Part shown: positions 25,201 to 37,200 of the stretch, piece by piece
Numbering within the stretch: position 1 is the stretch's first letter
How the letters are laid out: each line of letters begins with the position of its first letter
DNA from: Squalus acanthias
Lineage: Eukaryota
DNA: 64,000 nt
Assembly (NCBI GenBank): GCA_030390025.1
Contig: CM059432.1
Span: forward strand, 107,324,001 to 107,388,000
Direction: 5' to 3'
Made by a program: the position numbers and the translations under genes
Notes under the pieces: model-generated
Told to the model about the DNA's origin: nothing
What the model saw: the letters and a program-made list of their open reading frames with translations, nothing else
Database searches by the model: none

Positions 25201-28200
25201 TAGGAATGGGAACCTTCTACTCCTACCTAGTGACTGCAGTCCCATATTGTGTCATAGGCCTAGAAATTGCAGTACGCCAAAAACCTACTGGTAACAGTGC
25301 CGGCCAAGGCTAACGGCAGAGCGCAGGCAGCACCAGTACTTTGGTGCTGCCTGCTAATTAACATCATGGATGCGGAGAATTTGTGGTGTAACGCGCTCTT
25401 TCTGGCGCTAAGCTCAGCAGGAGGCTGAAGGTCGTGTCTGTGTCCCGCTTGCAGTTGAGGAAGAAACGAGTGAACCTGTAGCCCATGTACGGAACAGTTA
25501 CCGTATTTGTTACAACAATTTGCCTGCCACCTGCTCACCAATCAATGTTATAGCATTGCATTCAGCTTTTGTGGAGAAAGCTCCCTCTTGTTTAAAGCGC
25601 ATCAAAGTGACACAAGCAAAGCTCCGGAACCGATCTATGGAAGTCATCTTTTAAACTCACTGTACCTGACGAAGGAGCAGAGCTCCGAAAGCTCGTAATT
25701 TCAAATAAAACTGTTGGACTATAACCTGGTGTTGTGCGACTTCTCATTTTTGTCCACCCCAGTCCAACATCTCCGCATCATGATCTTTTAAATCAGCTCA
25801 GGCTCCGGCTCGCAAAATTTCTACAGATGGAAAAAGGGTTCGGCAGTTTGTTTTTGCATTTGTGGGGAGTATGTCAACTATGCCGGGGAAGTCTGTGGTT
25901 TGATCAGACTTTGGGTTTTATGGGATCAGAGGAGAAGGGGGGAGGGAGTTGTGGGTGTATAACAGGGAAAATTAATTATCAGAAGTCTGTATCTCTCATT
26001 GCGCTGAAGAAGGCATGCAGTATTCAGTGTTGTTGAAAGGGATGATAGTTCATTTTATTTTGACATTGAGCCAAGATGGCCCATTTAATGCTTTCAAGGA
26101 CTCTCCCCTATCACTTTACCCACACATCACATTCTAAAGGAATAGAGACTAAGCCAAGCTCTTTATTTTAAATTTTCATGAAGCAGGAAGAAAAAGATAT
26201 AGCACAGGAACGATCAAATCCAGCAGTTTGTAGTTTCTGAAACCATTTTACTGTAGTCATAATTTCATTGATGTGCAGAGGTCACTTTATTCACTGGCTT
26301 AGGAGGGTCTGACAACGGAGGGCTTTTTACTATTCCATGGTGAGAAGCGAGCACTCCTTTCTGATAACTTCAACAATTTGAATTCACACTTCAGATTTCA
26401 GAGATTGAAACTGAACATCCAGAGGTGATTCCTAATCCAAACCTCAAGCCTACTCTTATAGTCACTCAGAAGTAATCACTTGCAATATTCTGCAGCTTCC
26501 CGTTTGTTACACATTCAGTATTACAATCTCAGGCAGGACAGTTTCAAAGAATCGGAAAAAAATTAAACTTCACCTACAAATCTCAATAGTTAGCTCTCAA
26601 GACCAAGGCTTGCGATTAATATAAACACTGCTACATGGAGATAAATTCATGGCTGCCTTACAATTGTCACTTGAGGCGTCCTCATGGCTGGAGCGCTTTT
26701 AGTGGCTGCACACACGGGCGTGCTTTGGAGAGGGCGGCAAGAGGAGCGGCAATATCTAAAACGGATGAGCGGGCATCAACTCAGTGTTGCAGGCCGATTG
26801 ACATCACGCTCCGACTATTTACAATACTTTCGGCGAGTGCAGGCAATGACAGCGCTGCCAACCTGCCGTTGCCTGCGCATCATGTAGATGGCACAGTGGT
26901 AGGAGCCCACAGGTTCGTGCACCAATTTTCAGGTAAGTGATTGGGTTGGATTGCGGGGGTTTGGAGGAGGAGATGCTGGGCCTCGGAGTGTGATCGGAGG
27001 GCCGTCGGGGATCGGGGACAGAGATTGCGGGGGTCTGGAGGAGGAGTGGCTGGGCTTCAGAGTCCGATCGGAGGGCCGTCGGGGGTCGGGGACAGAGGTT
27101 GCGGGGGTCTGGAGGAGGAGATGCTGGGCCTCGGAGTCTGATCCGGGGGCTGGATAGGAAGATCGTAGAGGTCTGGAGGAGGAACGGCTGTGCCTCGGAG
27201 TCTGATCGGAGGGCTGTCAAGGGTCAGGGAAGAAGATTGTGGGGGTCTGGAGTACTGTTGGGAGGTTGGGAGAGCTGTTGGGGGGGTGGGGGTGGCTAGG
27301 AGGTCAATGCCGGGGCCAGGGGGAGATCGGCAGTGGGTGGGGGGGGTGGCTGGATGTTGAAGTCGAGATCTTGGGACCAGGACCGGCGGCGATTAGGGTA
27401 AGTACTTACTTTTTTTAATTACGTGCTGTTTAGCGTTGGTTTTCCCGGGGGCAATCAGCACTGATGCTGGCTGCCTTAGGTGCAAACCAAACTTACAAGA
27501 GGGAGCAGAAGCAGGCGTTAGAACATTAACATATGTAAATAAGGGGCCTAACGCCTGTTTCAGGTGTGGGTAAAGTTCGCTTCTTGTTTGACCTTTACCA
27601 AGATGGCGTCCAGCGCAGACCGCACCAGAAGTGTGCACGTGCTGCTTGGATGCCATTTTGGACACAATTCGCCACCCGTAGTGCCCAAATAACGGGTGCT
27701 ATGCAACCGAATTTCTAGGCCATTAACTCCCTCTGCTTCTGGGTCTGAACTGAATTAGAGTAATTGGTCCGATCGAATTATTAACTTATAAATAATAGTT
27801 CTCTATCAGTGGCCACTGCAGACAACTACAAGGTTTACTCCGCACTTCAGAGGACGTTATGGCAGCACAGTGACAGAAAGCTCAAGGAAATTCAAGGCCC
27901 ATTTATCTTTTCATTGAAATAAGTGTAGGTCACCAGGAAAGTAACCCTTCAAATCCACCTGCATTTGAGTTTGTAGTCTTAGTCATGGTATTAAACTAGT
28001 AAACCATCAATTTTCAAGAGATGTGAAGCCCAGAAAACATAGGAATAATGGGAGGGGGTTTCTAGATTATAAGTCATCTACATATTTAAAATTCTTACTG
28101 GTAACCCATGTAGTCCTGAAGGTCCAGGTTTTCCAGGAATGCCCGGTAGTCCAAATGCACCAGAGCTTTCCATATCCTGTTGAAATAGAGAGAAAAAAAC

Positions 28201-31200
28201 AAATTAAAATACAGCCTGTTAAAAAGAAATAATCAAATTACAATGCAAACAGTGTAACTTTAAAATACCCAACGCAATTTGTTCTGTGTATCTGAGAGAT
28301 GAAGAACCAAATCTATTCCGATTTTGTACAGACAGAGTAGGGCAGGGGCTTTGTGGAGTTTCTTTTTAATGGATCCCATCATCTTGGAAACATAGGAACA
28401 GGAGGAGGCCATTCAGCCCATTCAATTAGATCGTGGCTGATCTGTACTTCAACTCCATTTATCTGCCTTTTCTCCATATCGCTTACCTAACAAATATCGA
28501 TTGATCTCAATCTTGAAAATTTCAATTGACTCAGCATCGTAGCCTATTGGGGGAGAGAGTTCCAGATTTTGTCAGGGGCTGATGCCCTGTGTCCAGTGCA
28601 GCATCAGGTGGGTGAGGAGGAGAGGAGGTTGATGCTCCTGATGTTGGTGCTGCTGTTGTGACTGGTTGTGGTGCTGCCGCAACTGCTCTTCCTCCGAATC
28701 TGACGACCAGGATGAGAGGATGTAAATGGTTCTCATCCTGTTGCTATAGATTTCAGTTGAGGCAAGAAGCTTGCAAGCGCACACTCAAAGTGGCCTGAAA
28801 TTATTTCAATCAGGAACACTGCAGATGGGTGTCAGCTTAAACAGTCACAAGGTCAGTTGATTTGCAAAATCTTATCCCAAACCTCCAACAACAAAGTTGT
28901 TGCATTTGAATGTCAGCCATGTTACAGGAGCGCTTTTAAAGCGCTGCACCAATAACTACAAATCATGTCCTTCAGCAACTCGTCTCCTTGCAGCTGGCCT
29001 GTTTCTGACAAGACGGGAAACAGGAGCCAGAAGCACGAAAATGGGAAACCACTATAAAAATAGGTTTAGCAAGGCAGTTAACAGGCAAGAAACTGCCTTA
29101 ACTACCTGTCCCACCGGTTCCCGTCGGGTCAGTTTGAGATCGGCTGACCCGACACTCACGAAAATCGCGTGGGGGCGGGATGGAGGCGGGTTGGCAGTCT
29201 GAAGTAATTTTTTCTGATTTTCGCTGCCGACCCGCCTGCAAACCCGCCTCCTCAGGGCTATTAAAATCGAGCCCTGGGTGTCCAAAACTACTGCTAACAC
29301 AGCATAGGCAGGGAATCAAGCTTAGAATCTTTTGTATGTATGGCTCGCTACTACACTGCATGGTGCCACTGAGGCAACGCCACCCCTTATTTTTAATGTG
29401 TTTGGTTATATTTTGATTTGTGTAGCACCCTGGTGTCCTGACTCCTATTCTAGCACACAATGGAAGTCTTTGCTTTTTGCTTCTAAGGAACTCCAAGCTT
29501 CAAGCAGGCTAAGCTTCACACAGAGATTGGAGTAGGCCTTATCTGCAGATAGGAACAAGGGGGCCGATTTTCCTCTCCTCTTCTACTGGTATATTGGTGT
29601 ACCATGGTGGGCAGAGGAGGAAATATGGGGGAAGGGAGCCGTTCCGCTGGCTCATTACCCAACGCCACTTCCAGGATTTCCTGCCGGATGTGACATCAAT
29701 ACGCCTGCCCAAATATGTGTGGATCCTTTATATGATGTAAATGATGGAATACAGCCATACTATTGTAATTCCTGTCATTTGAACCCTGGCAACACTCAGC
29801 ATTCCTGGCCATGAGGAGCGGGGAGGGGCTTAAAATTTAAAAGGATGGTTTGCCTTGTATATCAATTCGCAAAAAGATTGCTTGCTTTAGGCAAAGTGCA
29901 AATTTAAAACATATTGGGGGGAAAATTCGTCTGGTTAGCTCCTCCCGTTAGCGCCTCCGAGGGGCGCTAGGAACTTAGCGCCCGAGCGCAGCGATTTTAG
30001 TGCCACTCGCGAAATTGAACAGTAGTTTTGCGGCAGTGCTAAACACTACCGCCACGATCTCCTGCGCCCGCAGATCATGACATCAGTCGAGCGTGCAACG
30101 CCCCGGTAGCGCCCTGGACCGGATATTGAGTCGTGCGCTTGCCGCTAGGAACGACAGGGAGAGGGGAACATTTTCAAGTCGGGAAGGGGCTGTGGGAGCG
30201 CTATTTAAAGGCGGGCGCTTCCTGCCTTGTCAGAGGCCTGGACTAATGATCCAGAGACGTGAGTTCAAATCCCACCACGGCAACTGGGGAATTTAAATTC
30301 AGTTAATTAAATAAATCTGGAATAAAAAGCTGGTATCAGTAATGGTAACCATGAAACTATTGGATTGTCATAAAAACCCATCTGGTTCATTAATGCCCTC
30401 TAGGGAAGAAAATCTGCTGTCCTTACCTGGTCTGGCCTATATGTGACTCCAGACCCACAGCCTAGCTATGAAACATAATAAGAATGAAACTGGATGGACC
30501 ACCTGGCTTCGACCTTGGCACCGGCTACGGACACGGCAACGGCACACCCAGCCCAGTCAACCCTCCAATGTCCTCCTCACATCTGGGGACTTGTGCCAAA
30601 TTTGGGAGAGCTGTCCCACAGACTAGTCAAGCAACAGCCTGACATAGTCATACTCACAGAATCATACCTTTCAGCCAATGTCCCAAACTCCTCCATCACC
30701 ATCCCTGGGTATGTCCTGTCCCACCGGCAGGACAGACCCACCAGGGGTGGTGGCACAGTGGTATACAATTGAGAAGGAATGGCCCTGGGAGTCTTCAACA
30801 TTGACTCCATGAAGTCTCATGGCTTCAGGTCAAGCATGGGAAAGGAAACCTCTTGCTGATTATCACTTACTGCTCTCCCTCAGCTGATGAATCAGTACTC
30901 CTCCATGTTGAACACCACTTGGAAGAAGCACTGAGAGTAGCAAGGGCACAGAATGTACTCTGGGTGGGGGACTTCAATGTCCATCACAAGAGTGGCTAGG
31001 TAGCACCACTACTGGTCGAGTCCTGAAGGACATAACTGCCAGTCTGGGCCTGCGACAGGTGGTGAGAGAACCGACACGAGGGGAAAAACCTACTTGACCT
31101 CGTCCTCACAAATCTACCTGTCGCAGATGCATCTGTCCATGACAGTATTGGTAGCAGTGACCACCGCACAGTCACCGTGGAGACGAAGTCCCGTCTTCAC

Positions 31201-34200
31201 ACTGAGGACACCCTCCATCGTGTTGTGTGGCACTACCACCGTGCTAAATGGGATAGATTCAGAACAGATCTAGCAGCTCAAAACTGGGCATCTTCAGCCA
31301 ATTCGATTCACTCCATGTGATATCAAGAAACAGCTGAGCGAACTGGATACAGCAAAGGCTATGGGCCCTGACAACTCCCGGATATCGTGCTGAAGACTTC
31401 TGCTCCAGAACTAGCCGCGCCTCTAGCCAAGCTGTTCCAGTACAGCTACAACACTGGCATCTATCTGACAATGTGGAAAACTGCCCGGGTATGTCCTGTC
31501 CACAAAAAGCAGGACAAGTCTAACCTGGCCAATTACCGCCCCATCAGTCTACTCTCAATCATCAGCAAAGTGATGGAAGGTGTCATCGACAGTACTATCA
31601 AGCGGCACCTGCTCACTGATGCCCAGTTTGGGTTCCGACCTCATTACAGCCTTGGTCCAAACATGGACAAAGGAGCTGAATTCCAGAGGTGAGGTGAGAG
31701 TAGCAGCATTTGACCGAGTGTGGCATCAAGGAGCCCTAGTAAAACTGAAGTCAATGGGAATCAGGGGGAAAACGCTCCACGGGCTGGAGTCATATCTAGC
31801 TCAAAGGAAGATAGTTGAAGGTCAATCATCACAGCTGCAGGAGTTCCTCGGGGCAGTGTCCTAGGCCCAACCATCTTCAGCTGCTTCATCAATGACCTTC
31901 CCTCCAACATAAGGTCAGAAATGGGGATGTTCGCTGATGAGTGTTCAGCACCATTTACAACTCCTCAGATAATGAAGCAGTCCATGCCCGCATGCAACAA
32001 GACCTGGATGACGTTCAGGCTTGGGCTGATAAGTGGCAGGTAACATTCGCGCCACAGAAGTGCCAGGCAATGACTATCTCAAACAAGCGAGAGTCTAACC
32101 ACCTCCCCTTGACATTCAACGGCATTACCATCGCCGAATTCCCCACCATCAACATCCTGGGGGTCACCATTGACCAGAAACTTAACTGGACCAGCCACAT
32201 AAATACTGTGGCAACAAGAGCAGGTCAGAGGCTAGGTATTCTGCGGCGAGTGTCTCACCTCCTGACTCCCTAAGCCTTTCCACCATCTACAAGGCACAAG
32301 TAAGGAGTGTGATGGAATACTCAACACTCAAGAAGCTCGACACCATTCAGGACAAAGCAGCCCGTTTGATTGGCACCCCATCCACCACCTTAAACATTCA
32401 CTCCCTCCACCACCGGCGTACCATGGCTGCAGTGTGTACTATCTACAAGATGCACTGCAGCAACTCGCCAAGGCTTCTTCGGCAGCACCTCCCAAACCCG
32501 CGACCTCTTCCACCGAGAAGGACAAGGGCAGCAGGCGCATGGGAACACCACCACCTCCAAGTTCCCCTCCAAGTCATACACTATCCTGATTTAGAAGTAT
32601 ATCGCCAATCCTTCATCGTCGCTGGGTCAAAATCCTGGAACTTCCTACCTAACAGCACTGTGGGAGTACCTTTACCACACGGACTGCAGCGGTTGAAGAA
32701 GGCGACTCACCACCACCTTCTCAAGGGCAACTAGGGATGGGTAATAAATGCTGGCCTTGCCAGCGACGCCCAGATCTCATAAGCGAATTTTTAAAAAGGT
32801 CCCCGATGCCTGCCCTAATTCCACAATTCGGGGTGCAGCCAAGGGGCGGGTGGAGCTCCCACCTTGCCAAAGTGTGTCACCTTTGTCAGTAAACAGGAAC
32901 ATCAGCCTCAAATAAAAACCTTCTCCTGCATGGTTTGGGTGGCGGCGGGGTGGGAAATTACAAAAGTGAGTGCAGGAGGTGATGACACATCACCCTCACC
33001 CCCGACCCTGGGAAAGAAAATGCAACAAACTTGGTTTAAAGTGTGGGCTGCACTATCATCTGAGGAAAAACTAAATGGCTGAATGGACATTCTCATGGCT
33101 TTAGTGCATTGGGGTGAACTGCTATGGATGATGGAAGATATAAGTGAGTAAATGTGGTGTTGATCAGGTTATGTCTACACAATATAGCATAGGGTGTTAT
33201 ATGAGGGCGTTCAACATAAATTCTACAAAAGCTATGAGTGCTGTCACTCCTAATTGGAGTATTGACTTGCTACCTAACCCAGACAGTTAGTAAAGGAGAG
33301 CTGTAATTATGTGAATAAAAACTTATTTTAATTACACAAGAGGGGTGGGAGAATAACACAAGTGATGGGACTTTCTTCGAGGGTTCTCCTGGTCAGCCTC
33401 CGGAACATCCCTTGAATGTCTCCCATGTGATGGCGACCATAACGGGACACAGTACACAGTACTCAAGGTGCAGTTTGGCCATCACTTCCTCTGACATGTA
33501 CTCTACTGGTTTGACTATGGACTTCAACATCCTATTGGCTTTGTTGATTTCTGTTCTGCTTTGGTTGGACAAAGTGTTGAGTCTACTTTCGGCTTCATCC
33601 TTGGCCATTTCAACACTGCTTGTGGAGTACATGCTGTGATTATTGTCTCTTCCTATATGCATGTACTTAACATTTGTCTATATTAAATTTCCTCTGCCAT
33701 TTTTCTGCCCACATACATACAGTCCAACTCATTCCGTAATTTCTGAGCTACCCCCTCTGAATCCACTGCCCTTCCTAGTCTGGTGTCATCTGCAAATCTG
33801 ACCACTTTGCATCGAATTTCTCAATCCAGGTCATTTCTGAGAAACAGCAGTGGTGGCAACACCAACCCCAGGAGTGCCCCTCTCAGTAATTCCATCCCCC
33901 ACCCAACATAACTTTTCCAATAAGTACACTTTCCTTTCTAACCTTCAGCCATTTTCTTATCCTTTGCCAGAGTTAACCCTGAATCATTAAAGTTTTGAGT
34001 TTAACTAAAAGCCTCTCATGTGGAACTTTGTTAAATGCCTTTTGGATATCTGCATTCAGTTCTAATCCAAAAGTTTTTTTTAATGAGATATTCACCAGCC
34101 CATCGACCTCAGACACTCATCATTAGCATTTAGAGAATTACCTCAAATCCAAAGTTAACACCACCACCGCCGGCTGGCCCAGGTGGGCCTGGAAGTCCAG

Positions 34201-37200
34201 GCGGACCCTGTCGTCCTGAGCCTCCAGGCTGACCTGGAGGTCCTGGAGATCCTGGTAAGCCATTATCTCCAACTTCTCCCTGAAAAGGAACAATATTACA
34301 AACTTTATGGACAGTCCTGCTTTTTACACATATGAACTGGCCTCATCTGCCAATTCACTTCAATATAATTCATATATCTCTTCACTGTACAGGGAGGGAG
34401 GGAGGGAGGAAGGGAGGGGGAATTCAGCAGCTCATGGAATGATGGTCTGTGTTTTCTCTCCCAGTTTCTGGAGAACCAAACTCTGTTGCTCATGAGTCAA
34501 TACAATGAGAATTTCAACTTGAAGGAGTTTACTTCTACAGGTCTCCCTGGATACTGCATTTTTTCTGCTCAAAGAATCTTTGAAATAAGACCAGTGATGA
34601 CACCAAATCCTCTTTACCCGTATTTGTCTTGAAGACTAAAGTAGTCACACTTTTTTGTGCCATCTTACGTTTTATCAGCCTGGTGACAGCACACCATGAG
34701 ATAGGGAGCGTGGCCAACTGGTTTACAGAAGAACAGAAAAATACAGTGTCAGCCATTAAAACTAAGATAATTAAAGAAATAACTTTTATTTATATAGCAC
34801 CTTTCATGGCCTCAGGACATCCCAAAGCGCTTGAGAGCCAATAAAGCACTTTTGAAGTGTAGTCACCGTTCTAATATAAGGAAACACGTCAGCCAATTTG
34901 TGCACAGCAAGGTCCCACAAACAGCAATAAGATAAACTGTTTTAGGTTTAGCCAAGGTTAGTACCTTAGGGTAGTGAATGAAGTGACCACTATACCACCC
35001 AGTACAAATTTACCAGGTTTTGCGTCGAGTATACAACTGGGGACTGTACCAAATTCCAACATGGATTCACACATTTGGGCCAGTCAGGAGATCACTTTCC
35101 ACATGATTGGTTTCAGTGCTTTAGGTGGATTTCAGTAAAGTTTCATGCAGAACCATTTTATATTTTTGTCAATGGCTACAGTAGTATAGTGGACTTGTTA
35201 CTGGACCAGCAACCCTGGGATCATGGGTTTGAATCCCACCATGCCAAGTTGTGACACCAAATTCAATAAATTTGGTCATTTGTGGCTGGCACAAAAAAAA
35301 GGTGATCGTGGAAGGCTTTGGATGGCTGTAAAAACCCAAGTTGTTCCTCACCCCTAGCTGGCCTGGCTTACTTGTGACTCAAGTCCACACTATGTGGTTG
35401 ACCCTTAATGCCCTATCAACTGGCATAGCAAGCCACCCAGTTGTATCAAGAATTGTACCAAAAATCGCTCTCAGGGCAACTAGGGGTGGGTAATCAACGT
35501 GGCCTTTAAATGTTTAAAATTTACCTTTACTCCCTGTAGACCAGGCAGACCAATTGGACCTTGATCACCCTGCAAACAAATACATTATATTGATTTTTCT
35601 TGCATAAAACAGAAAGTTGTCATTGAATCCAAAATCACAGAAAAGGCAAAAAAAACAGTAGGTCACGCAATCTTACGAGGCAGCACAAGCTACCTTCTAC
35701 ACAACGGCCTAAATTTTCCAAGTACACGATGGTGATGAGGAACTAGTCCACCGGCAGCACAGATCGAGAAGTAGCAGGCACCCACCCTTCAGTCCGAACT
35801 GACGACAATCAATTTTACCATCAGCTTCCTTGACTCTGATCCACAACTCCCTGTGAGACTCCTCATTTTGTCTGGGAGTACAACATGTTTGCACATTGTT
35901 GGCTGCATTCACCCCCTAACAATCTTTCATCATATTAATCAGCTGCAGGCCTACTTAAAGCCTTGGCCAACTGACCCAAAGCGAGCAATCATTCTTTCTG
36001 TGCAGAATTTCCTGGAACAGTATGGGGGAAAAATTGTGTCACGCCCCCTTTGGGGCGCTAACGTCGCCGGGGCGCTACTTTTAGTGGTCCGAGAAAATTA
36101 GTGCCCTGCCCCATGCCCGAAATTCACTGGTAGCGCCCCAAGAGGGAGGCGGGGCTCTACTGGAAGTGCCCCGCCTCCCTCTTGGGGCGCTGCGAGTGAA
36201 TATCACGGCGCTACTGCAGGCTTTCCTCCCCTTATTAAAAGGGAGGGGCCTTGCACAGCGCAACCCGGGGCCCAGCTGGGCCACCAGGGATCGGAGTGCT
36301 GGCAAAAGAGCCTGGCACTCAAGAGAAGTGCCAGGCTCACGGAGCGCAGCCGGCACCCCGTGGGGGGAGGCTGCACAGAAGGCCGGGGACAGCAACGGCA
36401 GGCGGCCAGCAACAAAAATGGCCACCCGGCACCTCCCCTTTAATTTGCGCCGCCCCGGCCGCAGGTAGGCCCCCCTGACCATGTCGGACATAGCGTCCGG
36501 CGGTAAGTCAGGGGGCGCTACCGAAGATCGCAGCTGGGGCGCTGCGCACGACGATGACGTCATCGCCGGAGGCGCAGCCCGTGGGGTGCTAACGGTTACC
36601 GTCGCCGCTAACCTCATGCTGAATTTCGCGGGAGGCGTTGGCGGCGCCGCACCCAGGCGCTAGTTGCTTTGCGCCCTGTAGGGCGCTAACGGGAGGCGCA
36701 AATCAACCGAATTTTTCCCCCTATATGTGTTAATACCTTACATACAAATTACTGGTACTGCGTTGATAAGGCTCATTATAAACCACATACAATTAACAAT
36801 CATTAAGGCTAACCCAGCTAAAATATTTGACAAAAGCCGGCAGAATTATATGTTCTGCATAGATTACACTTTTGTTCTTCTGCAGCTTGGCAGATCGCAG
36901 AAAACAAACACTACTGGGGCCAACCTCCTTCTCTCACACTCCATTTGCTTTCTCACAATTGGACAGACATGAACTGCTGTGTGAGTGCAGACAACAACAA
37001 CAACTTGTATTTATATAGCGCCTTTAACGTAGTAAAATGTCCCAAGGTGCTTCACAAGAGTATTATAAGACAAAAAATTTGACACCGAGCCACATAAGGA
37101 GAAAATTAGGGCAGGTGACCAAAAGCTTGGTCAAAGAGGTAGGTTTTAAGGAGCATCTTAAAGGAGGAAAGAGAGGTAGAGAGGCGGAGAGGTTTAAGGA

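Larger units (their letters stand above)
25257..27721. mobile_element. Putative Harbinger-type TIR element with nested insertions
   Basis: Perfect 12-bp inverted termini GGCCTAGAAATT / AATTTCTAGGCC; flanks ATA/ATT are imperfect, so the ends could belong to two separate elements. Confidence 0.5.

Noticed and set aside
26949..27252. Regular repeats as a CRISPR-like array
   Set aside because: Contiguous tandem units with no unique spacers, in a vertebrate intron.
36081..36663. Overlapping ORFs up to 178 aa
   Set aside because: By-product of the high GC content of a TIR-bounded MITE; no recognisable domain.
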